Source of the DNA: Planctomycetota bacterium | Lineage (GTDB): Bacteria; JAJVIF01; JAPKYR01 | NCBI GenBank assembly: GCA_030614715.1 | Contig: JAUWTM010000001.1 | Span: 29,661-93,660, forward strand | DNA: 64,000 bases | Reading direction: 5' to 3' | Part shown: piece by piece, positions 9,700 through 19,131 of the stretch | Position numbering within the stretch: the stretch's first letter is position 1 | Layout: every line of letters begins with the position of its first letter | The notes under the pieces: generated by a model | Databases searched by the model: none | What the model was told of the DNA's origin: nothing | What the model saw: only the letters and a program-made list of their open reading frames with translations | Translations under genes and position numbers: made by a program

Positions 9700-12600
9700 G
9701 TGAGTCCCCTGGGTCGCATATTTGGGCATGGGCGCGCAATAGAAAACCTGCTCAAAAAGGCTGAGGAATCTTTTGGCAAAGGTGAATGGGAAAACTGCGC
9801 GCACTTTGTCAGTGACGTTCGCGGTAAGATTAAACCGGATAATCCCGGGAAATTCGCGAACGAGCTTTTGCGTGCCTATTACCTTGAAGCCGCTGCATAC
9901 TTCAAGATTAACAGGATCGACGCTTCACTCGATGTCATCGAGGAAGCTTTCAAACAGCCGCAGGGGCTTGCCGATGTCGCCAAGCTGCTCTCCGAAATCG
10001 CCGCTGTTAATGCGGATGATCGAGTAATTAAACTGCTCGAACAGGTTATAAAGAAGCTCCCGGACAACAATTTTGTCGCTCTCGCACTGGCTTATCACTA
10101 CGTCGACATTGAAAAATTCGACGATGAAGCGCTGACGTTGTTCAGGAAAATTAACCAGCGTGCGCCGGATAACTCAAAGGTGATCTACGGCCTTGCAAGG
10201 AGCCTTCATAACCAGAAGAAGTACGACAGGACGTCACTCGCGATATATCGACGTGCATTTCACGATTACTCCACGAACGATGAGATCCTGTTCGCCCTTG
10301 CCAAAACCTATGCAAGCCAGACCCCGCCGGTCAGCGAAGCCCTACCGGTTATCGAACGTGCGCTAAAGTTCTTCCCGGACGAGAAATCGTTCCAGGTCGC
10401 TAAAATCCACATCCTTGCAGACCTGCCGAGCCTGCTTGCCGACCAGGTGAAAATTCTGCTCGAGCATTACAAGAAGACAAAGGATTCCAGCCTGGCAAAC
10501 AAGCTGGTTAATCACCTTCTCGCTGCTCATGCCGATGATGAGGATGCGTGCAGGGTGTACGAGACGGTCTGGGAGGATCATCCCAAGATGACCACCCTTC
10601 TCAGCATCCTTGCTGAGAGGTACCGTCTCGCAGGACGTCGCGACCCGGAAGCCGTGGAGATCTTCCAGGCTTTCTTCGATGAAATGCCGCGCGAGCGTGA
10701 GAACACTCTTTATCTTGCGCGACGATACGCGGAGAAGAAACAAAAAAGTCAGGAAGCAATTCTCGTTTACCAGCAGGCCCTCAGGGATAACGCGGGAATG
10801 GAACTGAATGACGTAACCCTCGCTCTCGCTGATGCTTACCTCGCATCGAAACAGAAAAACGAGGAATCAGCCCGGGTCTACCGATTGGCTCATGCTATTG
10901 CACCAGAGGATTACACTTACCTCGAAGCCCTGAAAGGTGTTGCTCTGGCGGGTGGACGCATGGACGGTAATCGTGCCGACCCGCTCATCGAGTACATCAA
11001 GCACTCGGGTACGTCTGAAAAGGATGCACAAAAGTTAAGCCAGAAACTCGGACAGGTGCTCGCGAATGAAAAACGGAACGATACTGCGGCATGCGAAGTC
11101 TACCGGTTGAATGTCGAGAAGAAATGGGCATCCGACCGCGAAGAGGACCTGCTTGTTGCTGCTCTCGTAAGGGATGACGCTGCTAAAATTCGCGATATTC
11201 CGCTGCTCGAGCGTGTGTACGAGCGCGACGAATCCGACCACCTTGCGAGCGTGCTTTCAAATATCTATCGCGAGACCGGTGATCCATCCGAAAAATGGCT
11301 CCCGATTGTTATACGTGCGCTAAAATCAGATCCTTCGAACAAAAAACTCGCCGGATGGGCACTCGGGTACCTTCTCAATCAGCACGGTCAGGACGATAAA
11401 TACTTTCCGCTCTTCACCGAGCTCATAGCGCGGGGTTACCTCGCTTCGGCTAAGAATCTCCGCTCGGGAGTAGTGGCATCCACAGCTACACGAATCGCAC
11501 GCGACCTGATCAGGGAGCAGAACTTCAAGGAAGCAATATCTGTCCTGTCGGAAGCATTCAAGGTCGATAAGACAGCAATCATCCAGACGCTTCTTGGCGT
11601 AAGTTACCAGGGCAGCGGTGATTACCAGACCGGCCTGGGCGTGTTCAAGGACCTCCAGAAAGGTGATAAGCAGAACCCTGCGTTCAGCTATCGGATCGGT
11701 GTCCTGAAACTATTGAGCGGCGATGTCAGGAGCGCGGAGAAGGAATTCAAGGCACTTGAGAAAATCCACCCGAAACATCCAATGGTCCACCTCAGGCTTG
11801 GGATGGTTCTGGAGACAAACGGCCAATCGGATGCCGCCCTTGAGGAGTACACGAAGGTAAAATCAGGCGACAAGGCAGTCGTGGCGTTCGCTGACTACCG
11901 TAAGGGAATTATCCTCTGCTCACAGGGAGAATACGCAAAGGGCTTGAAACTTCTCGAACGTGCATCGGGCGGCGGAGTGGTATCGGAAGACCTTGATAGT
12001 GCAGTGCTTCTGGCCCGGTTGACCCTTGCCGACGCCGACATCGGAGGACTTGCTCTCGACGCGGCCGAGCGGCGTCTGATGAAACTCTGCGAAACCACAC
12101 GTGCGCCGTGGACGATGGCGGTTGTCGAAAGAATTTTCAGACTTGCTGTCATCCACCTGCAGCAGGGCCATGACAAGATAGCGAGACGGGTCCTGGAAGT
12201 TGCTGCAAGGACGGGTATACGCGACGCTCGCGTGGCGAGTATGCTTTCAATGCTGGACATTAACGAGGGACGTCCCAAGGCTGCTATCGAGCGCATGGAA
12301 AACGTGCTCGGACTGCGCGACAAGGCCGGTGCGGAACTCGCCCACAGAATCTGGTCGATAATAAGCCTGAGACTTGGAAAACTCGAAGACGCTAGGAACG
12401 CTGCGGACTGGCTCATTGCGAATAAATCCCCCGATGGTCCCAGGATGCGATTTCTCAACGTCTGGCGCGATCCCCTTGCTGTCGACTGGCCGGTCGCACT
12501 GGAGAATTTCACATACGATGACCTGGAAGTTGATCTCGGCTTCCCTGTCGGGCTTATCGGACGTATGGCGTACAAACGTGCGGATTATGAAGGCGGCGCC

Positions 12601-13644
12601 AAATACCTCGAGAAGTACATCAAGGATAAAAAAAGACCCGACCGTGTAGAGGCGGAGTTCCTTCTCGGCCTGATGTACATCAAGCTGAAGAAACCCAACC
12701 TCGGGCTTCATTACTGGAGCCAGATTCTCAGCGAGGGTCACAGGGAACTGTCCGGAAAACAGAGGATCGATGGCCTGATGCTCCTCGGCCTCCATTTCAT
12801 GGAGCACGGCGAGACGGAAAAGAGTCGCGAGGCATTCAAACTCGCCCAGGCAGCGGGATCGAGCGATGAGGAGATCCAGGCGGCGGTTGCATACTCGCAC
12901 CTTCAGGCGGGATATCTCCAGGCGAAGGTTGACAACATGCTGGGCGCAATACGTGAATGGGAGAAAATACTCGAGGACAATCCCGATCACTGGCAGGCGC
13001 TTCAGAACCTGGGTATTGCGTATTTCTGGAACGGCGATGACGATAAAGCGATGGATTACTTCGACCGCCTGTACATAATATGCGAGGATAATCCTGATGC
13101 CATCGACCCGGAAAGCGTCACATTCGTCACCGAGGAAACTCGAAAGATGATCAACCAGCTGGTCGCGATGAAACAGGCGGAGAAAGCGCGGACCGACGTC
13201 AAACGCGAGATGCTGCTCGATGATATCATGGCAGCGAACCGCCATTACTGGACCCTCAACGTAAAGAAGGGCGTCTCGACCGAGGAAGCGCAGGCGAATT
13301 ACTTCCGTCTCATTAAAATCTACAACCCCGAAAAGTACCCACGCGACTTCATGGTCCTCGAAAAGGCATACGACTTCTTCAACAAACCGGGACTTCTCAA
13401 GAAAAACGAGCAGCTTGTATTCAACGCGTTCCATTTCCGCCAGTTATCTATGGAGGAAGCGGGTGGCTTGAGTGAAATTCCGCCGTCGCCGCAGGTGGTC
13501 GACTACCTCAAGCACGAGCTTGACCCTAAGAACCACGTAAACTTTACTGAACTGTTCGAGCTTTCACTTGCGCGCAAGGAAAAACTCCCCGTTGTAAGTA
13601 CTACCCCCGATCTGACCGTAGCGGATTACCTGTCGAGTTGGTAG
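9700..13644 (+). CDS. Giant TPR-repeat protein with a C-terminal degenerate J-domain-like segment
   Basis: 1314 aa with a GTG start and helical-repeat composition throughout (A/L/Y/E-rich 34-aa-type repeats). The C-terminal stretch HYWTLNVKKGVSTEEAQANYFRLIKIYNPEKYPRDFMVLEKAYDFFNKP follows the J-domain helix I-III layout, but has NPE where HPD is expected. Confidence 0.8.
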   Translation: MSPLGRIFGHGRAIENLLKKAEESFGKGEWENCAHFVSDVRGKIKPDNPGKFANELLRAYYLEAAAYFKINRIDASLDVIEEAFKQPQGLADVAKLLSEIAAVNADDRVIKLLEQVIKKLPDNNFVALALAYHYVDIEKFDDEALTLFRKINQRAPDNSKVIYGLARSLHNQKKYDRTSLAIYRRAFHDYSTNDEILFALAKTYASQTPPVSEALPVIERALKFFPDEKSFQVAKIHILADLPSLLADQVKILLEHYKKTKDSSLANKLVNHLLAAHADDEDACRVYETVWEDHPKMTTLLSILAERYRLAGRRDPEAVEIFQAFFDEMPRERENTLYLARRYAEKKQKSQEAILVYQQALRDNAGMELNDVTLALADAYLASKQKNEESARVYRLAHAIAPEDYTYLEALKGVALAGGRMDGNRADPLIEYIKHSGTSEKDAQKLSQKLGQVLANEKRNDTAACEVYRLNVEKKWASDREEDLLVAALVRDDAAKIRDIPLLERVYERDESDHLASVLSNIYRETGDPSEKWLPIVIRALKSDPSNKKLAGWALGYLLNQHGQDDKYFPLFTELIARGYLASAKNLRSGVVASTATRIARDLIREQNFKEAISVLSEAFKVDKTAIIQTLLGVSYQGSGDYQTGLGVFKDLQKGDKQNPAFSYRIGVLKLLSGDVRSAEKEFKALEKIHPKHPMVHLRLGMVLETNGQSDAALEEYTKVKSGDKAVVAFADYRKGIILCSQGEYAKGLKLLERASGGGVVSEDLDSAVLLARLTLADADIGGLALDAAERRLMKLCETTRAPWTMAVVERIFRLAVIHLQQGHDKIARRVLEVAARTGIRDARVASMLSMLDINEGRPKAAIERMENVLGLRDKAGAELAHRIWSIISLRLGKLEDARNAADWLIANKSPDGPRMRFLNVWRDPLAVDWPVALENFTYDDLEVDLGFPVGLIGRMAYKRADYEGGAKYLEKYIKDKKRPDRVEAEFLLGLMYIKLKKPNLGLHYWSQILSEGHRELSGKQRIDGLMLLGLHFMEHGETEKSREAFKLAQAAGSSDEEIQAAVAYSHLQAGYLQAKVDNMLGAIREWEKILEDNPDHWQALQNLGIAYFWNGDDDKAMDYFDRLYIICEDNPDAIDPESVTFVTEETRKMINQLVAMKQAEKARTDVKREMLLDDIMAANRHYWTLNVKKGVSTEEAQANYFRLIKIYNPEKYPRDFMVLEKAYDFFNKPGLLKKNEQLVFNAFHFRQLSMEEAGGLSEIPPSPQVVDYLKHELDPKNHVNFTELFELSLARKEKLPVVSTTPDLTVADYLSSW

Positions 13645-13665
13645 GAATTTATAAATCAAGGCAAG

Positions 13666-13830
13666 TCAGCCTGCAGACCTGAGTTTCCCTGTAGAATCGC
13701 ATCCACCGTTCAATCTCGACTCTATCTTCGCCTGCTTCAGGATAATCGCTGACGCCAGCGTCCTGATATAAGCTCCCCACGCTCTCGCCAGTCCAAGCAG
13801 GTTCTTCCCTGTATTTTCTTCACAGTTCAT
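13666..13830 (-). CDS. Small hypothetical protein (54 aa), last ORF of the phage-like cluster
   Basis: Below the ORF-track size cutoff. ATG at 13830 is preceded by AAGGAG with 5-nt spacing. Translation begins MNCEENTGKNLLGLARAWGAYIRTLASAIILKQAKIESRL.... Confidence 0.4.
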   Translation of the reverse strand: MNCEENTGKNLLGLARAWGAYIRTLASAIILKQAKIESRLNGGCDSTGKLRSAG

Positions 13831-13878
13831 TTTTTCTCCTTCATGAAAAATTTGTTTTCCATCTAAAAAAAATATATA

Positions 13879-13955
13879 CCAATGCCGCCCTTAAGCGCAC
13901 GAAGACGTTCACTTTCCCTGTTCATAGATGGCGCTTAAGGGTGTCTCATCTAATG
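13879..13955 (-). repeat. Structured hairpin element, copy A (11-bp stem, 32-nt loop, conserved flanks)
   Basis: Stem arms CCCTTAAGCGC (13888-13898) and GCGCTTAAGGG (13931-13941). Flanks are CCAATGCC on one side and TGTCTCATCTAATG on the other. The element starts 12 nt after the stop of the 13967..14329 ORF. Related copies lie at 26095..26170 and 26211..26289. Confidence 0.75.
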
Positions 13956-13966
13956 CACACTCTTTC

Positions 13967-14329
13967 TCAGCCTTCCCCGTTCTCATCTTCCATCCGGTGC
14001 AGCCGATTATTCAAAGCCAGGTGCACAAGCGTTTCGACGCTGTCCAGCGTTCCCTCCATCGCTGACATTGCCGACGCAACATCCTGGAGCACGCTGAACG
14101 CCTCACGGCTGATCCCCGCGACCTCCTCGTCCTTCTGCGTCAGGCATTCGAGGAACGACGTCTCTCGCTGGATCCATTCCGCTCGAAGTACATCGCCCCT
14201 CAGCGCATGCGACTGCTCACGTCGCCACCATCCCCATGCAAGTGCGATGTTGAGCGCAAGCGATATGATGACTGCAGCATGCGTGCTCGTCGCAGCCGAC
14301 TCAATTATTTGAAAAAGTTGCTCAATCAT
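13967..14329 (-). CDS. Membrane-anchored coiled-coil protein (i-spanin- or holin-like topology, function unproven)
   Basis: 120 aa with one N-terminal hydrophobic helix (AAVIISLALNIALAWGWW), followed by a charged helical region. It sits at the distal end of the phage-like operon. Confidence 0.5.
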   Translation of the reverse strand: MIEQLFQIIESAATSTHAAVIISLALNIALAWGWWRREQSHALRGDVLRAEWIQRETSFLECLTQKDEEVAGISREAFSVLQDVASAMSAMEGTLDSVETLVHLALNNRLHRMEDENGEG

Positions 14330-14360
14330 TTTTATTTATAAAGAATTTAGTTTTGAACTA

Positions 14361-14428
14361 CAGAGACACAGAGACACAGAGGAAGAAAAATTCTTATCTC
14401 TTTCTTCTCTGTGTCTCTGTGCCTCTGT
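14361..14428. repeat. Long near-perfect inverted repeat built from a CAGAGA/CACAGAG microsatellite-like sequence
   Basis: Left arm CAGAGACACAGAGACACAGAGGAAGAAA. Right arm TTTCTTCTCTGTGTCTCTGTGCCTCTG. This gives a stem of about 28 bp with 2 mismatches and a loop of about 12 nt. It lies between the 14473..14955 and 13967..14329 ORFs and is followed on the plus strand by a T-rich tract. Confidence 0.85.
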
Positions 14429-14472
14429 GGTGAATCTTTTTCTTCTGCTTTTCTTTTCTATTCTTTTTTTTC

Positions 14473-14955
14473 TTATTCCTCAGCATACAACCAGACTACA
14501 TCCTCACTCATACATCCTGCCTGCACAATCACACTCGGTATACCCGACACCTCCATCTCACCCGGTATATCGATAATGAAAATCAGACGTCGCGCGCAGT
14601 TCGACAGTATCTCGCCGATCGAATGATATTTTGTGTCATCAAGAAGCGCCCCGCCGATCGATGTGAACTCTGTCTCCTCGTCGTCCACAATCCCGACTTC
14701 ATCGGGATCCATCACACCGTCGGATTTAACCATCACGTACTCATTCTCCACGATCTCTTCAGCATAGGGGTTAGCAGCGCGAACCGCTATACGGACGTCC
14801 GTTGCGGACGGCGCGTCTGTGAAATCCTTCTTATTCCACAGCCAGACCTCGAGCTCCTGTGTCGATGAGCCGGTGCGTATAGTCCCGAAATCAAGTGAGG
14901 AGATTCGCTCATCGTTCAATCTGTCATATACAACCAGGTGCGGCCCTTTTTTCAT
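14473..14955 (-). CDS. Phage-cluster hypothetical protein
   Basis: 160-aa ORF, co-directional and 12 nt downstream of the preceding ORF. No family recognised. Confidence 0.65.
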   Translation of the reverse strand: MKKGPHLVVYDRLNDERISSLDFGTIRTGSSTQELEVWLWNKKDFTDAPSATDVRIAVRAANPYAEEIVENEYVMVKSDGVMDPDEVGIVDDEETEFTSIGGALLDDTKYHSIGEILSNCARRLIFIIDIPGEMEVSGIPSVIVQAGCMSEDVVWLYAEE

Positions 14956-14967
14956 TGAATTTCTCCT

Positions 14968-16017
14968 TCACAAAATCGGTACGAACGGCTGGTTGAATTC
15001 CAGCGGGGGGTACGTCCCGGGTCCGTAATCCTTATGAAATTCAAACAGCGTATGAGCATTATGCAGGAACGGGCCGACCAGCCTGTATTCATCGCCTTCA
15101 ACTGCCCCGAATTCACCCGGTGACGGCATGGAGGGACTCGTAATAAAACAGATTGTGTCCTGGGGGTAATCGGGAGGTGGGTTCGATCCGGTGTAAAAGG
15201 TCCCGATCACCGGAAAATCATGTCCGGCAGCCATTCCAGTGAGAAAAGTCAGCGTCCCCGGAGTCGCAGCCGTGCCCCATTGGTAGCCGTCCCATGTCAG
15301 ATTCTTCTCGCCGACAACGTGATCCGCTGCCTCTATGAAATCCGCTGCGCCTGTGTACACGCAGCTCCGGCCCTGCTGGACGCGGATCGTGATGTAGGTA
15401 AACTGCGGCGGTTCCGGATCGACCGTGAATCCGCTGATTCGTGCCTTCAGATTCCATGCCCCTTCAGGCGCTTTGGGTTTCAGCATCCCGTAAAGTTCAT
15501 CCTCACTCGGAACTTCCTCCCAGCCAGGTCGAAACAGATCCTCGATAGGGTAATTGACTCCCATGTAGGCCACCGTGGTTCCTTGCCGCGTGTTGTTGGG
15601 AATCGGTTTCTGCTCCATTCGCATCGACCATCCGAAATAAAAATACGGGTCAGGCTCGTCAAATGCGTCGAGTAATGCGAAAGTCGTGAATTCGGTATGA
15701 TCCGGAAGAAACTGGAGTTTGTTCGGCTTGTAGATGTCCGTGTTCCCGTTCGTCTTCCAGTATTGCCAGCCCTCGGATTTTCCCACGTAGTTCCCGACCT
15801 CTGCCGGGACAGCCAGCTCGATATTTTCCAGGATCATGAAACCGCCGGTGTCATATTCACGAAAATGGAGAATGTCGACATTGACACGTATCCCGGCGAT
15901 CAGTGTCTCCGCTCCCATGGGGTGAAGTCCGATGTTTCCGCCGACAGGCCTGATCCCGATTGCGTGGTTATCGTAAAGCGGGATCAACCCTTTCAGGTTG
16001 ATTTCATGCTCAGACAT
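14968..16017 (-). CDS. Phage-cluster hypothetical protein (putative tail or baseplate component)
   Basis: The ORF track gives 14968..16062. The ATG at 16017 (MSEHEINLKG...) is preceded by GAGGAG and overlaps the upstream stop as ATGTCTGA, which suggests translational coupling. The protein is beta-rich and aromatic-rich. Confidence 0.65.
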   Translation of the reverse strand: MSEHEINLKGLIPLYDNHAIGIRPVGGNIGLHPMGAETLIAGIRVNVDILHFREYDTGGFMILENIELAVPAEVGNYVGKSEGWQYWKTNGNTDIYKPNKLQFLPDHTEFTTFALLDAFDEPDPYFYFGWSMRMEQKPIPNNTRQGTTVAYMGVNYPIEDLFRPGWEEVPSEDELYGMLKPKAPEGAWNLKARISGFTVDPEPPQFTYITIRVQQGRSCVYTGAADFIEAADHVVGEKNLTWDGYQWGTAATPGTLTFLTGMAAGHDFPVIGTFYTGSNPPPDYPQDTICFITSPSMPSPGEFGAVEGDEYRLVGPFLHNAHTLFEFHKDYGPGTYPPLEFNQPFVPIL

Positions 16018-18394
16018 AGCAGATCCTCTCCTCGCCGAACACCTCTGTGGTCCGTGCGACAATCAGGTAATTCAACGCACTGCGTGACGCCCTCGCGATC
16101 TGCACCGTCTCACCGATCATCAGCTCCCCGAGTACCGGGTGCGCCTTCAGACCGTACAGGATCCGTCCGGCAGCCGCGACGTCATAGACTCGTCCGCCAA
16201 GTTCGTTCCTGTAAACCGCGACAACAGCACCAACACGTGTGTCCAGCGGATCATCTGCAAACCTGCGCATGAAAAACGCCCCGACTTTCTCCGGGGCGCT
16301 CGAAACGAGATCGAAGGCGATACCAGCTTCCGGTTCGATCACCTTCCTGACTTCGGTTGCCTGAAATGGACTGCTGTCGGGCAGAGGAAGATCGAATAGA
16401 TCGCCTGTAACACGAATTCCGTCACCCGCTTTCAGCCATCTATTAATTGGAAGCCTGAGCTGAACCGATGGCGATGCCTGTATCGATCCCGCAAGCATTA
16501 ATTGTCCGATCCTTCGTGCCATGACCTCTGTTGTTATCCTTTCGTCCCTGATTGACGGTCCGTATACCAGCGGATCGCCTGTTTTTGTGCCTTCATCACG
16601 TACTTCGAGAAGCACCTGGCTGACTGTCAGGTCCGCAAGCGGTCCCGGTGAGATAACCGGACGGGCCCAGACCAGCACATGGTACGTGGTGGGTTTCTTC
16701 TCGTACCGACCGTCCTCGATCTCAGCCTCGTACTCGACAAGTTCCTCGTATAGATCCCTTATTTCATCGTTTTCCGGATCGTCATCCTCGAAGTTGTCGA
16801 GATAGCCGGGTGAACTTGCGATTATCTTGTATGTACCCAGCTGGACCGCCTCAAAGACGTAATAACCGTCGACATCAGCGGTAACATCGAACGTTTCATC
16901 CAGTTCATCACCTGCGATGCACTCACGCTGTACTCCTGCATGTGGAATCGGAAGGTTCTCATCATCGGAGTTCGGGATTGCATCGTAAACCCGACCTAGA
17001 ATCCTGAAGAGCTTATTGCCCTCCTCGTCCTCGATATACTGACAATCCCCTGTTTTATCCTCGACATTCCAGTCGATCAGGACCGTCACGTTGATTATTT
17101 TACTTCCTTCGATGATCTCAACCGTCGGGGCATGCGCGAGTTCACCACCGAGGACACGAATCGACGACGGATCGTACAATTCGCCGTCAAGCTGGAAATG
17201 AAGCTCCGCAGGTTGAGGGTATTCATCGCTTCTTTCAGGCTTAGACGGTTCCAGAGTGTCCTCCTCATCAACTACCCTGCACCATCCGGGTTGCGAAAAA
17301 TCAGTGGGTGGAATGTAAATCGACCTGGTCGGCAGCCTGCTCGTTTCGCTGTGACCGAAAATCTGAACTGCGGTGAAATCGTCGGAAAGACGGTTGGTTT
17401 CGCTCTCGTCAAGGACCGCTATTGCATCGTAGATCCAGGCCGTTTTAAATCCACCGGGAAATCCGCACTCCGATACCACAAGTGTGTTCCCTTCCGCCTT
17501 GACACTCGCACCTGCAAGCGACGCCAGTTCACGTATAACATCACCGGGCGTTTTCTCCCGTGCATCGAGGTAAACGACTGGATAGTCAAGACAGTCGATC
17601 ATGAGATCGGTCAGGTACGGACCTGCCGATTCTATGAAACACTCCCTGATAATGTCGTGTGCCCGTGGATGCTCCTTCGCGAAATTGAGCTCAAGTACAT
17701 CATCGAAGTCAACAGTGTCGAAAAGCCCGGAAGATCTGATCCTCCGGTAGTCATCAGCGATTATCACACCGTTTTTGATTACTTCACGTCTCAGCCTTGG
17801 ATGCCACGTACGTCCCATGGCTTCCTGACGGGGTCCATCGAGAGTTACAGAAAAATCCTGTACGGTAATTTTCACATGATGCGCACCGTCCGGGCTCGAT
17901 GCGAATTCCCTCGATGTTACCAGTCCGCGAAAACATTCCGTGTAATGAACGACTCCCTCAGTGTCCACTTCACCGATTGCAGCACTGATCACGACATCGT
18001 CGTCCGGGTCGCAATCGGAGTAAAAATCGGGATCTGCAACGGTCAATTCAAGTCTGTCCGGCTTAACGCCGATTCCCTGCAGGAGTTCCAGACGCACAGT
18101 GATATCGCTGATATCCAATCCTGATTCGAACAAGTCTGCGCTAGCGGTTGGAAGTACCTTCACAGGTGCGCGGACAGGCCTGAGCACCGCTGATCCATCA
18201 TCGATAAGGTCTTCAAGTACATCCCCCGGAATTCCCTTCGCGTAACGAACCTTTACCGTGCCGCCGTCAGGGATGCTCCCTCCGGGAAGGCGTACGATCG
18301 TGTCATTCTCGTTGTCGATTTCATAATCGATACCTTCCTGGTACGTGGTCGTGCCGTCCTGCGATGTTACCTCAATGCCGTCCCAGATACTCAT
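16010..18394 (-). CDS. Large phage tail-associated protein (794 aa) with a carboxypeptidase-regulatory-like beta-sandwich segment
   Basis: Largest ORF of the cluster. It is acidic and beta-rich, not the helical composition of a tape measure. The segment YYVFEAVQLGTYKIIASSPGY resembles CarboxypepD_reg-type domains. Its start overlaps the upstream stop as TGATG. Confidence 0.7.
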   Translation of the reverse strand: MSIWDGIEVTSQDGTTTYQEGIDYEIDNENDTIVRLPGGSIPDGGTVKVRYAKGIPGDVLEDLIDDGSAVLRPVRAPVKVLPTASADLFESGLDISDITVRLELLQGIGVKPDRLELTVADPDFYSDCDPDDDVVISAAIGEVDTEGVVHYTECFRGLVTSREFASSPDGAHHVKITVQDFSVTLDGPRQEAMGRTWHPRLRREVIKNGVIIADDYRRIRSSGLFDTVDFDDVLELNFAKEHPRAHDIIRECFIESAGPYLTDLMIDCLDYPVVYLDAREKTPGDVIRELASLAGASVKAEGNTLVVSECGFPGGFKTAWIYDAIAVLDESETNRLSDDFTAVQIFGHSETSRLPTRSIYIPPTDFSQPGWCRVVDEEDTLEPSKPERSDEYPQPAELHFQLDGELYDPSSIRVLGGELAHAPTVEIIEGSKIINVTVLIDWNVEDKTGDCQYIEDEEGNKLFRILGRVYDAIPNSDDENLPIPHAGVQRECIAGDELDETFDVTADVDGYYVFEAVQLGTYKIIASSPGYLDNFEDDDPENDEIRDLYEELVEYEAEIEDGRYEKKPTTYHVLVWARPVISPGPLADLTVSQVLLEVRDEGTKTGDPLVYGPSIRDERITTEVMARRIGQLMLAGSIQASPSVQLRLPINRWLKAGDGIRVTGDLFDLPLPDSSPFQATEVRKVIEPEAGIAFDLVSSAPEKVGAFFMRRFADDPLDTRVGAVVAVYRNELGGRVYDVAAAGRILYGLKAHPVLGELMIGETVQIARASRSALNYLIVARTTEVFGEERICYV

Positions 18395-19107
18395 CAGTCA
18401 AGCTCCTCCGGGGTAGTGCCGTTCAAAGTGACCTGCTTCTGCTTATGCACCGCAACCTCCGTACACAACGCGTCGAGAGCCGCGTCATCAAGCAGCAGAA
18501 GATCGACAGCCGTTTCTGTAAGCCCCATGATTGATGCTCCCACACACGCGTACCTTGATTCGCCTGTACCGAGTCCGAACCCGATCTTAATTCTGCCGTC
18601 ATGTGGGTTCGCGATATAAAAATTCGCCGGGGCATTTGACGTTGCCGGGCACTTGATCAGGTGTCCGACAGGATGGTTGATCAACGATCCACCGCGGATC
18701 GGATACCCGGCTCCAATGAGAGACTTATGCTCTGAGCCTGTCTGCCATCCGATGGGAATCGGTTTCGGATCAACGCCCTCAATAATCCATCCGACATAAA
18801 CCCGGTCATACCTTGTGAGCTCGTATCCGACACCAATTATCTCGCCTGAAGGGCTGAAAAATGCGAGCAGCAATGGATCCTCGATATCAAACAGCAGCTC
18901 GACATAGAGAACATTCAACGGTGCATCGAAACACGAGAGGATATCCGGGTCCGTTAGCTTCTGCCAGTTCAGACCATCATCATCGCTCGTCCAGATCTCG
19001 ACAAGCTCTGACGGCCAGCTGGCTAAACGGAAACGGGCACGAAGGAAATCATCTGTGTTCGCCGCGCCCCTGTGCGGATCGAGTTTTATGCGTACCAGGT
19101 TTTCCAT
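18394..19107 (-). CDS. Phage-cluster hypothetical protein
   Basis: 237-aa co-directional ORF; no family recognised. Confidence 0.65.
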   Translation of the reverse strand: MENLVRIKLDPHRGAANTDDFLRARFRLASWPSELVEIWTSDDDGLNWQKLTDPDILSCFDAPLNVLYVELLFDIEDPLLLAFFSPSGEIIGVGYELTRYDRVYVGWIIEGVDPKPIPIGWQTGSEHKSLIGAGYPIRGGSLINHPVGHLIKCPATSNAPANFYIANPHDGRIKIGFGLGTGESRYACVGASIMGLTETAVDLLLLDDAALDALCTEVAVHKQKQVTLNGTTPEELD

Positions 19108-19131
19108 GATTTGAGTTCCGATCGGGACACG

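Noticed and set aside
12247-13434. Long antisense ORFs inside large genes: 12247..13434(-) 395 aa, 57151..58215(-) 354 aa, 53121..54017(-) 298 aa, 17132..18124(+) 330 aa and 11895..12575(-) 226 aa.
   Set aside because: Each lies entirely within, and opposite to, a gene with clear family motifs or strong paralog support. Their translations are Arg/Ser-rich or low-complexity, as is typical of shadow frames in GC-moderate DNA.
15175-15200. tRNA-like T-arm sequence (GGTTCGATCC) and a general search for tRNA, rRNA or tmRNA genes as phage integration targets.
   Set aside because: The motif lies inside a well-supported CDS without the surrounding cloverleaf elements. None of the larger intergenic regions (9524-9699, 27732-27893, 32418-32622, 43599-43776, 63135-63420) shows tRNA-like acceptor/T-arm pairing by eye.
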